DNA of 55,238 nucleotides. Source: Bryobacterales bacterium (lineage in GTDB: Bacteria > Acidobacteriota > Terriglobia > Bryobacterales > Bryobacteraceae). Under the pieces are notes generated by a model. It was not told the origin of the DNA. It saw nothing but the letters and a program-made list of their open reading frames with translations, and did not search any database. Both the position numbers and the translations under genes were made by a program. The stretch spans positions 1 through 55,238 of the forward strand of contig PMQB01000436.1 in assembly GCA_003169195.1 (NCBI GenBank), given 5' to 3'. Of this stretch, positions 16,550-24,914 are shown piece by piece; positions within the stretch are counted from its first letter, which is position 1; each line of letters starts with the position of its first letter.

Positions 16550-19500
16550 CTAGACCCGTTGATTCTGATAGCGATTCTGCTCGCGGCAGGGTTGCTAGCC
16601 CGCGCCCAGGGAGAAACGACAAGTGCCATCGTGGGTACGGTTGTTGATCCTACAGGTGCGGCCCTGGTGGGCGCAACGGTGACGGTGACCAGCGCCGACA
16701 ATGGCGTGATGCGATCGGCAACCACCGATAGCGCCGGGCGGTTCAGCTTCCCTCAGCTCAAGCCAGGTCCCTACATTGTGAAAGCCTCCGCTGAACGTTT
16801 CGAGCCGCAAGAGAACAAGTCTGTTGCTGCGGGCCTTGGCAAAAAGCAAACGGTCGATTTCGTGCTTGCCATCGCAAAGGCGAATGAGAGCGTAACCGTG
16901 ACGGAGCAGACGCCGATGATCAATCCGGAGAATCCGAACACCTCGACGACGCTGACCGCCCGGGCTTTGGAGGACTTGCCTAATCCAGGCGGCGACATGA
17001 CTTACCCCCTACAATTTTCGGCCGGTGCACTCATTAATACGGCCGGCAGTGGAAACGATTTTGTGGGCGGCAGCAATGGTTACGGCAATGTTCAGTTCAA
17101 CGGATTGCCGGCGCTTTCCAACGGCTTCATCGTGGACGGCCTGGAGACGAACGACCCGTTGACCAACCTGAATAGCGGGCTTTCCACGAATCTGGTCTTG
17201 GGCCTGAATTCGATTTCGGAAGTGACAGTCAATACCCTTTCGTACGCCGTCGACGAAGGACGCTATGGCGCTTCGCAGGTTAACTACGTGACTAAATCCG
17301 GAACAAATCGCTTTCACGGGAATCTGTACGAGCTTTGGAATGGATCAAGATTCAATGCGGCCGACTTCTTTACGAACTCCACGGCAGGCAGCCATAAGCC
17401 GAGGTCGACGGTGAATCATTTTGGCGGTAGCCTCGGCGGCCCCCTCTTGAAAGACAAGCTGTTTTTCTTTGTAGACAGTGAATGGGTGAAGATTGCGTTG
17501 CCCATTGTGTCTGCAACCACGGTGCCGACTACGGCGTTCGAGAATTATGTCCTGGCGCAACTGCCAAAAGGGGGAACAGATACCGTTACCGGGTCCGTGT
17601 ATCAGCCGCAGCCGCAACTGATCCCTTTTTATAAAAAGCTATTTTCACTTTATTCCGACACTCAGGGGACGCCGCTGGCCGTTCTCGGTTGTCCGCTCAA
17701 TGCCGGTGTTCGCGCTGCGGTGGGGAACCCGCCAAACGGGAACGGTTGTGCAAACCGGCAGTCTGTCTCTCACTCCAGCGACGATCATGAGCAAGTACAG
17801 ACCGCGCGCATCGATTACAACATCAACCAGCAGAACATCACATGGTTCCGCTTTCAGGCAGACACGGGGCTGCAGGCGGCTTTCACAGATCCCATTAATC
17901 CAATCTTCGATGCTTATTCACCGCAGCCCCTCTATTCGTTCGCTTCCGGCTATACGCATGTCTTTTCCCAGAACCTGGTGAACTATTTCAATCCCGCATT
18001 TTCGTGGTATCAAAGTCTGTTTGGAACCGAGAACTTGCAGGCAACTCTCAATGCGTTTCCCATTGTTCTCCAAGGCAGCGGCGCCAACGCACCTTTCACC
18101 ACGTTGGGTGGTCTCGACAATACTTGGGTGCAAGGCAGACGCGCCTCGCGCTTCTTCATCAATGACAATCTGGCATGGAGTTTGGGACCACATGAGTGGC
18201 GGTTCGGAACAAACACGCGCATCTTCCGGCTGAACGACTACGACTTCGGTGAAGGAACAGTTCCCCTCGTCACTTACACCAACTTGGATCAATTTATTTA
18301 TGGCGTGGCTTCGACCTCTTCCGAGACGTTTCCGCTGGCGAATTCGCAGCCGTTCAATTTCCTCAACGTGGATTTGTATGCGCAGGACACCTGGAAAATC
18401 ACGAAAGCACTGACCTGGACGTTCGGCGTTCGCGCGACGCATAACTCGAATCCGAGTAATCCGCACAATGCGCTCGCGCGGCTGGATGGATCGTTTGGAG
18501 CAATCAACCATGATCTGAACCAACCGCTGGATAACGTGATTCAGACAAACATTAGCACCGTTTTCGCTGGCTCGGCCCTGGCTTTCTTGCAGCCAAGAAC
18601 AGCGATCGCCTGGAAACTCAGTCCGACAACCGTGCTGCGAACCGGATTTGGCCTGTTCAGTGACATCCTCCCAGGCAGCGTGGCGGATTTGGTGGGCACC
18701 AATCCGCCATATTCAAAAACCTTTCAAGGTGGTTTGTTGGGCACGGTGGGTGGGGCGGCGATTGCGCCAGGAGTTCCCAATAGTGCCATTGATACCGCCG
18801 TTAACGCGAACCAGGCATTCAATATTGGATTCGCGAAAGGTGAGTTGTCGTGTGCATCTCCGTTAGCGAATCCATCCAGTTGTTTGCAGCCTATCTCCAT
18901 CACCGCCGTGCCCGACGGAAAGCTGCGGGCGCCTTACTTCATGCAATGGAGCTTTGCGCTCGAACAGGAACTAGGGAAGGACATCAATCTGCGCGCGCAA
19001 TACGTTGGAACCAGAGCGGTAAATCAACCTTATTTGACACAAGCGAATGGCTATCAAACTGTGTGCCAGGGATGCTTCGCGCCCTTTCCCTATGGGCAAC
19101 CTGCCGACGCCAGGTTCGGAGCGGTCACGCAACTCAACACAGGCGCCAACAGCCACTACAACGGCCTGCAACTCACGGCGGAGAAGCGGCTCTCCCATGG
19201 CTTACAGGTGCAAGCAAACTATACGTGGAGCCGCTGCATGGATACGGTCTCCAACGGAGGGTTTCTCTCGTTTTCTTCGGCAGGAATTCTATCGCCGCTG
19301 CCCGGTGATCTCGGACGCAATTATGGACCGTGCGACTACGATGTACGGCAGAACTTTAACGCTCAATACGTTTATCAATTGCCGGTGAAGGTTCATGGGC
19401 GCTTGCTAGGAGCAGGGTTCAACGGCTGGCAAGTTTCCGGTACAGCGTTCTTCCACACGGGGCTGCCGTTCTCCGTTCTTAGCGCGCCTTTCACAGCGAA

Positions 19501-20008
19501 CGGAAACGGCATCATTCAGGGCAGCGGACCTCAATATGCGAGTCTCGTTCCCGGCGTTCCTGCATACGAGCACAACCCCATTCCAGGAGTTACTCAGCCC
19601 GGCACAATTCAATGGCTGAACCCTGATGCGTTTATTTCAAGTGTCGATCCCAGCACGGGGGTCTGTGTCGCTGGTGATTCAGTGAAGAATTGCCAGTTTG
19701 GAAATCTGGGCCGCAACTCTTTAAGAGGGCCAGACTTCCTATGGAGCGACTTCTATCTGACTAAGTGGTTCCAACTCAGCGAGCACCTGAAGCTTCGGAT
19801 GGAGGTACAGGCATTCAACGTCTTCAATCATGCAAATTTTGCGCTGCCCTCGATTGTATATGCCGGCATTCCAGGTGACAGGGCTACTCAAACTGGTTTT
19901 GGAGCACTGACATCAACCACCGCTCCGCCCACTGGATTATTGGGCGTGGGCTTAGGCGGAGATAGCTCGCCTCGAATGCTAGCTTTCGAGGCGCGGCTAC
20001 AGTTTTGA
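16508..20008 (+). CDS. TonB-dependent receptor with a carboxypeptidase-regulatory-like N-terminal domain
   Basis: Signal peptide LILIAILLAAGLLARAQG, then IVGTVVDPTGAALVGATVTVTSADNGVMRSATTDSAGRFSFPQLKPGPY. The long beta-barrel ends in ...EARLQF. The start is probably downstream of 16508 (in-frame TTG at 16538 or 16559) if the promoter/operator call is right. Confidence 0.9.
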   Translation: MAPLTEVFLGLPKFLDPLILIAILLAAGLLARAQGETTSAIVGTVVDPTGAALVGATVTVTSADNGVMRSATTDSAGRFSFPQLKPGPYIVKASAERFEPQENKSVAAGLGKKQTVDFVLAIAKANESVTVTEQTPMINPENPNTSTTLTARALEDLPNPGGDMTYPLQFSAGALINTAGSGNDFVGGSNGYGNVQFNGLPALSNGFIVDGLETNDPLTNLNSGLSTNLVLGLNSISEVTVNTLSYAVDEGRYGASQVNYVTKSGTNRFHGNLYELWNGSRFNAADFFTNSTAGSHKPRSTVNHFGGSLGGPLLKDKLFFFVDSEWVKIALPIVSATTVPTTAFENYVLAQLPKGGTDTVTGSVYQPQPQLIPFYKKLFSLYSDTQGTPLAVLGCPLNAGVRAAVGNPPNGNGCANRQSVSHSSDDHEQVQTARIDYNINQQNITWFRFQADTGLQAAFTDPINPIFDAYSPQPLYSFASGYTHVFSQNLVNYFNPAFSWYQSLFGTENLQATLNAFPIVLQGSGANAPFTTLGGLDNTWVQGRRASRFFINDNLAWSLGPHEWRFGTNTRIFRLNDYDFGEGTVPLVTYTNLDQFIYGVASTSSETFPLANSQPFNFLNVDLYAQDTWKITKALTWTFGVRATHNSNPSNPHNALARLDGSFGAINHDLNQPLDNVIQTNISTVFAGSALAFLQPRTAIAWKLSPTTVLRTGFGLFSDILPGSVADLVGTNPPYSKTFQGGLLGTVGGAAIAPGVPNSAIDTAVNANQAFNIGFAKGELSCASPLANPSSCLQPISITAVPDGKLRAPYFMQWSFALEQELGKDINLRAQYVGTRAVNQPYLTQANGYQTVCQGCFAPFPYGQPADARFGAVTQLNTGANSHYNGLQLTAEKRLSHGLQVQANYTWSRCMDTVSNGGFLSFSSAGILSPLPGDLGRNYGPCDYDVRQNFNAQYVYQLPVKVHGRLLGAGFNGWQVSGTAFFHTGLPFSVLSAPFTANGNGIIQGSGPQYASLVPGVPAYEHNPIPGVTQPGTIQWLNPDAFISSVDPSTGVCVAGDSVKNCQFGNLGRNSLRGPDFLWSDFYLTKWFQLSEHLKLRMEVQAFNVFNHANFALPSIVYAGIPGDRATQTGFGALTSTTAPPTGLLGVGLGGDSSPRMLAFEARLQF

Positions 20009-20022
20009 ATCCCAAGCTACCC

Positions 20023-20132
20023 CGCTGATATACTAGCCTTCACATGAATCTCCTGCGTTCCGACAAGGGCGTTTTGTGCCTCGCACTCGCATTTCTTCTG
20101 ACCACCTCTTGTCAGAGCCTTCACCGCGCCTC
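20023..20132 (+). repeat. Functional copy of the 110-nt repeat (5' UTR, start codon and signal peptide of the hydrolase gene)
   Basis: See 15411..15520. It contains the ATG at 20044. Confidence 0.8.
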
Positions 20133-21549
20133 CGCTTTAGATCATCTCCAGCCCTGCAAATCCACCGACGGCCCCTCCGACGCCTACTGCGGCAAACTCG
20201 ACGTCTTCGAAAATCGCGACACCAACACCGGTCGCAAGATCTCTCTCAACATCGTCCTGCTGCCCGCGCTTAAACAAGACTACGCCCCCGACCCCATTTT
20301 CTTCTTCGCCGGCGGTCCCGGCCAAGGCGCTGCCTCACTCGCCGAATATCTCCACGACACCTTTCGCACTCTCCAATCCAGCCGCGACATCGTCCTCGTC
20401 GATCAACGCGGCACCGGCAAATCCAATCCTTTGGAGTGCAAGCCTGAAAAAGAAGAAGACGATCAGAATCTCACCAAGCAGCAGGAGTTAGCCGAAGCCG
20501 CTCGCCAAGAACACAACTGCCTCGATTCCTACAAAAACAAAGCCGACGTCCGTCTCTACACCACCAACATCGGCATGGATGACATAGATGACGTCCGCCA
20601 GTTCCTCGGCTATTCCAAAATCAACGTCTACGGCGTCTCCTACGGTACCCGCGCCGCCATGGTCTATGCCCGCCGCCACACCGCCAACACTCGCACCGTC
20701 ATCCTCGATAGCGTCGCTCCTCCCGACATGCGCCTCCCTCTCTACACCGCGCGCGATGGCCAACGGGCAATCGACTTGCTCTTCAAAGACTGCGAGAAAG
20801 ACGCCGGCTGCGCGCAGCGTTTCCCTCATCTCCGCGACACATTCAACGAACTCATCGGCCGCCTTACCACGCATCCCGAACACATTCACTACATCCAACC
20901 CCGCACTGGCCAAGCTAAGGAATTGGATGCTAAGCGCGTGATCATAACCGGCACGGTGTTTCGAATTCTCTACGACCCGATAGCCTCTTCCCTGCTTCCC
21001 TTGCTCATCGAACAGGCCAGCAAAGGCAACTACAGCGGCTTCCTGGCCGTGGGCGGCGATTACGATCCCAAAGAGGAAAGCGCGCTCGCGCGCGGCATGC
21101 AGATCTCTGTCGTTTGCAGCGAAGACTTCACCCGCATCCACCCGGGCGAGGTTGCCAAAGAAGCCGCCGGCACATTTCTAAGCACCGACTTTGCCGACGT
21201 ATTTCTAGAACCCTGCAACTTCTGGCCGCGCGGCACTGTTGAACCCGCCTACTTCGACAACACACCCTCCGACCTCCCAGCCCTCATCCTCTCCGGCGAG
21301 CTAGACCCCATCACGCCTCCCGTGTGGGGTCAGAGTGTCGCCGCCCAATGGAAAAACTCCAAAGCAGTCACTGTCCCCGGCAGCGGCCACGGCACTTACA
21401 GTCACGGCTGTGTCATCAAACTCATGGATCAATTCCTTACTGACGGCAGTTCCGCCAAACTGGATACCAGTTGCGTCAACCACGTGGAACGCCCACCCTT
21501 CTTCCTAGGTCCCGCCGGACCCAACCCGCTCGGAGGTGCCTCCAAATGA
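20044..21549 (+). CDS. Secreted alpha/beta hydrolase, S33 (tripeptidyl-aminopeptidase/TAP-like) family
   Basis: Signal/lipobox-like LLTTSC, oxyanion region FFFAGGPGQGA, DQRGTGKSNPL, nucleophile elbow GVSYGT. The TAP-like C-terminus reads ALILSGELDPITPP...GSGHG. Confidence 0.88.
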   Translation: MNLLRSDKGVLCLALAFLLTTSCQSLHRASALDHLQPCKSTDGPSDAYCGKLDVFENRDTNTGRKISLNIVLLPALKQDYAPDPIFFFAGGPGQGAASLAEYLHDTFRTLQSSRDIVLVDQRGTGKSNPLECKPEKEEDDQNLTKQQELAEAARQEHNCLDSYKNKADVRLYTTNIGMDDIDDVRQFLGYSKINVYGVSYGTRAAMVYARRHTANTRTVILDSVAPPDMRLPLYTARDGQRAIDLLFKDCEKDAGCAQRFPHLRDTFNELIGRLTTHPEHIHYIQPRTGQAKELDAKRVIITGTVFRILYDPIASSLLPLLIEQASKGNYSGFLAVGGDYDPKEESALARGMQISVVCSEDFTRIHPGEVAKEAAGTFLSTDFADVFLEPCNFWPRGTVEPAYFDNTPSDLPALILSGELDPITPPVWGQSVAAQWKNSKAVTVPGSGHGTYSHGCVIKLMDQFLTDGSSAKLDTSCVNHVERPPFFLGPAGPNPLGGASK

Positions 21550-22277
21550 TCCGCGTAACCAACCTCCGAAAAGTATTCGGGCCAGTTACTGCAGTAGAGG
21601 ACGTTTCCTTCTCCGCCGCCGACGGCACCGTCACTGGCCTCCTCGGCCCCAACGGCGCGGGGAAAACCACCTCGCTGCGCATGATCTACGGCCTCGTCAA
21701 ACCCGACAGCGGCACCATCAACATCGACGGTCACGACGTAGTCACAGATAAACTCGCCGCCCAAGCCTGTCTCGGCGTCCTCCCTGACCAATCCGGCCTC
21801 TACCCGCGACTCACCCCGCGCGAACACATTCGCTACTTCGGCGAACTCCAGGGCGTTCCTCGCCATGACTTAGAAAGCCGCATGGAGAACTGGCTCGCAC
21901 AACTCGATCTCAAAGCTGTAGCCGACCGCCGCGTCGGAGGTTTCTCCCACGGCGAACGCTCGAAGGTCGCCATGGCCCGCGCTCTCGTTCACAATCCACA
22001 AAACGTCCTTCTCGATGAACCCACCAACGGCCTCGATGTCAGCAGCACGCGCGCCGTCCGCGAAGCCATCCGTCGTTTGAAATCGGAGAACCGCTGCGTC
22101 ATCTTTTCGAGTCACGTCATGCAGGAAGTATCCGCCCTGTGTGACCGCATCGTCGTCATCGCCCGCGGCCGCGTCGTGGCCGAAGGAACTGCCGACGAAC
22201 TCTTAGCACTCACCGGCAACACTAACTTGGAAGACGCCTTAGTGAAATTAGCCGGACCCCACGGAGAAGCAGCATGA
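21546..22277 (+). CDS. ABC transporter ATP-binding protein (NatA-like)
   Basis: MIRVTNLRKVFGPVTAVEDVSF, Walker A GPNGAGKTT, FSHGERSKVAMARAL, Walker B VLLDEPTNGLD. ATGA overlap with the hydrolase stop. The ORF-track start at 21471 lies inside the hydrolase gene. Confidence 0.9.
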   Translation: MIRVTNLRKVFGPVTAVEDVSFSAADGTVTGLLGPNGAGKTTSLRMIYGLVKPDSGTINIDGHDVVTDKLAAQACLGVLPDQSGLYPRLTPREHIRYFGELQGVPRHDLESRMENWLAQLDLKAVADRRVGGFSHGERSKVAMARALVHNPQNVLLDEPTNGLDVSSTRAVREAIRRLKSENRCVIFSSHVMQEVSALCDRIVVIARGRVVAEGTADELLALTGNTNLEDALVKLAGPHGEAA

Positions 22278-23449
22278 ATCTGCAGCGAGTCATCGTAGTC
22301 GCCCGCAAAGAACTCACCGATAACTTGCGCGACAAGCGCGCCCTCTATGGCATCGTTCTTGCCTCTCTCTTCGGCCCGCTCTTCATTGGCTTCATGCTCA
22401 CCCAGCAAGCCAAGCAGGAACGCGCCGCCCAGGAAATCAAGATCCCCATCGTGGGGCAGGAAAACAGTCCCATGTTGGTCCACTGGCTCCAGCAGCAAGC
22501 GGGCGTCGAAGTCATCAAAGGACCGGCCGACCCCGAGCAGGCTGTGCGCGACACCACCGAAGATCTCGTTCTCGTCATCAAAAAAGACTTCGCCGAAAAG
22601 TTCAACGCCGTCAGGCCCGCACCCGTTCAATTGGTGTCCGATTCAAATCGCATGTCCGCCTTCGCCAAAGTGAAACGTGTGCGGACTCTGCTGCTTCGTT
22701 TCGGCTCTGAGATCGGCAGCTTGCGCCTTGTCGCTCGCGGCGTCTCTCCGTCCATCGCCTCCGCACTTAAAGTCGACGAAGTGGAAATCTCCAGCGCCAA
22801 ACAACGCATCGCGAAACTCTTCAACTTCATCCCGCTCTTCGTCATCATGGCAGCCTTCGCAGCCGGCATGCAAATTGCCACAGACTCCACTGCCGGCGAG
22901 CGCGAACGTCTCTCACTCGAACCGCTGCTTATCAATCCGCTGCCACGCTGGCAAATCGTCGGCGGTAAGTGGCTCGCCTCCGCCATCGCCGCTCTCGTGG
23001 GCATGGCCGCCACTCTCGCCATCACGGCCTACATCATGTCGCGCTTGTCATTGGAGGACTTGGGCGTGCGCTTCCAACTCGGCTGGCCCGAATGCCTGCT
23101 CGTCTTCGCCGCCGTCGCACCTATGGGCTTACTCGCGCCGGCAATGCAGGTCTATCTCGCTTGCTTCGCCAAAACATTCAAAGAAGCACAGACCTACATG
23201 TCTTTCTTGATCATCGCGGCCATCATACCCAGCATGCTGTCTCTCTTCTACCCCATCGCTGACAAGCCTTGGATGAAACCCATTCCGTTCCTGGGTCAGT
23301 CTCTTCTGGCAAACGACATTCTGGGAGGAGTTATCCCACCCGTCTGGATGTTCGTTGCCGCCGCCGCTGCAGTCTTAGTTGTAACCGCGGTGTTCCTCTG
23401 GCTCGCCACGCGCCTCTTCGACTCCGAAAACATCATCGTCGGCCGGTGA
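22274..23449 (+). CDS. ABC-2 type permease (NatB-like)
   Basis: An N-terminal TM segment and a large loop are followed by five C-terminal TM segments. ATGA overlap with the ATPase gene. Confidence 0.85.
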   Translation: MNLQRVIVVARKELTDNLRDKRALYGIVLASLFGPLFIGFMLTQQAKQERAAQEIKIPIVGQENSPMLVHWLQQQAGVEVIKGPADPEQAVRDTTEDLVLVIKKDFAEKFNAVRPAPVQLVSDSNRMSAFAKVKRVRTLLLRFGSEIGSLRLVARGVSPSIASALKVDEVEISSAKQRIAKLFNFIPLFVIMAAFAAGMQIATDSTAGERERLSLEPLLINPLPRWQIVGGKWLASAIAALVGMAATLAITAYIMSRLSLEDLGVRFQLGWPECLLVFAAVAPMGLLAPAMQVYLACFAKTFKEAQTYMSFLIIAAIIPSMLSLFYPIADKPWMKPIPFLGQSLLANDILGGVIPPVWMFVAAAAAVLVVTAVFLWLATRLFDSENIIVGR

Positions 23450-23454
23450 CAGCT

Positions 23455-24177
23455 TCACCCAATCAACAGCGCCTTACCGGCCAAGGCGGCCGCCCCGTCG
23501 GTGCTCTCGATAAATCTCCGTCCTAACTCCGATTCAACCTCCAACGCCGCCAGCACCTCCGCATGCACCCAGGCCGACTCCCGCGCCGCCTCCACACTCC
23601 AAGAGGCAACCACTTGCTCCACCGTATCCACCGCCGCCAACGAATCGCCTGGCAAACTCACCATCAGCTCGGTCTTCGCCTGCTCCACCAACGAATCCAG
23701 CGTCGTATTCACTTCCGTATACGCCGTGTATTCAACCGTCCCATGCCGCGGCTGCGATCAAGTATTCACCACCGCCACCGCCAAGTCTCGATTGATATGC
23801 GCATTCACCCCCGCCAACGCAAACTGAATCCGCGCCAGCGCAGCATTTCCCCGCTGCTCAAGCAGCACGCGCCAACTCTCCGGCAATGCGCCACCACCCA
23901 ACCAACCTCGCAACGCCGCAAAATACAAATTGGCGAAAGCAAAGTCAAGGGTCGCGATGTACGCCGACCCCGCTGCCCCACTGCTAAAATCATTCCGCGC
24001 CACCCGGTCTTTCACTGCCAACGTAACTTCCAGATAGAGTGTGTTAAACCACTTCAGCCCGTCGCGCGTCCCATCCAACAGCGCATCAACCCCCCGTAGC
24101 TTCGCCACTACGTCATCAATCGACGCCGCATCCTTCGCCACCAGCGCCGCTACTTGATCGTCATAAGCAAACTTCAT
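23455..24177 (-). pseudogene. DUF5995-like ORF interrupted by a single in-frame TGA (23758..23760)
   Basis: From the ATG at 24177: MKFAYDDQVAALV...WFNTLYLEVTLAVKDRV...FANLYFAAL...FALAGVNAHINRDLAVAVVNT-TGA-SQPRHGTVEYTAYTEVNTTLDSLVEQ...EAARESAWVHAEVL. The two ORF-track pieces (23758..24426 and 23455..23712) are in the same frame. Confidence 0.5.
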
Positions 24178-24216
24178 TCGTTCCCCACGCCATCGACTAT
24201 ATAATGCCTCTTCGAC

Positions 24217-24786
24217 ATGAGCGTCGATCGATTCATACTTACCGGACCGCCCGGCGGAGGCAAAACTACCCTTCTTCGTGATCTCGCGGGCGCAGCCTTT
24301 CGTACCGTAGACGAAGCGGCAACCGATGTAATCACCGATTGGCAGCAAAGAGGAATCGAAACCCCTTGGACTGACCCGTCTTTCATCGACGCAGTGGTCA
24401 CGACACAGAGAGACCGGCAAATACACCTTGGGTCGACCACGGCCACGCAGTTCTACGACCGCTCGCCCCTATGCACGCTCGCCCTCGCGCAATGGCTCGG
24501 CTACCCGATCTCGGAGGTCTTGCAGTGTGAGATTGACCGCATTCTCCGCGACAGCATTTACCGGCGCGAGGTCTTTTTTCTCCGCAGCCTGGGATTCGTC
24601 ACTCCGACCGAGGTCCGGCGAATCAGCCTCGCCGACTCAATCCACTTCGGTAACTTGCACGAAAAAATATATCGCTCTCACGGATTCGAGCTGACCTACG
24701 TCGAGCCGGGACCCATCCAACAGAGAGTCAACTTCATTCAACAGTGCATCGGCCGCGCTCGTGAAACTTCCATAATTAAAAAGTGA
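24217..24786 (+). CDS. Small P-loop NTPase (AAA_28/NadR-C-like kinase fold)
   Basis: FILTGPPGGGKTTLLRDLA Walker A, 189 aa. It is divergent from the DUF5995-like ORF with a 39-nt spacer. Confidence 0.8.
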   Translation: MSVDRFILTGPPGGGKTTLLRDLAGAAFRTVDEAATDVITDWQQRGIETPWTDPSFIDAVVTTQRDRQIHLGSTTATQFYDRSPLCTLALAQWLGYPISEVLQCEIDRILRDSIYRREVFFLRSLGFVTPTEVRRISLADSIHFGNLHEKIYRSHGFELTYVEPGPIQQRVNFIQQCIGRARETSIIKK

Positions 24787-24914
24787 AATGACTTGAAACG
24801 CTTTGCCGCTGGAACGCACATAAAAGAGCGCCTCAAATGCGTAGTTCGCAGCGCGTCGTCCCGCGACCGAACACAACAAAATCAATTGCAAAGGAATAAG
24901 GAGAACACACCTAT

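Noticed and set aside
23713-23760. The in-frame TGA of the DUF5995-like ORF as a selenocysteine codon
   Set aside because: I folded the roughly 55 nt downstream of the UGA by eye and found only short palindromes (GCCGCGGC, CGUAUACG). There is no stem-loop of the bacterial SECIS type at the expected distance. A nonsense mutation or sequencing error is more likely. This remains testable.
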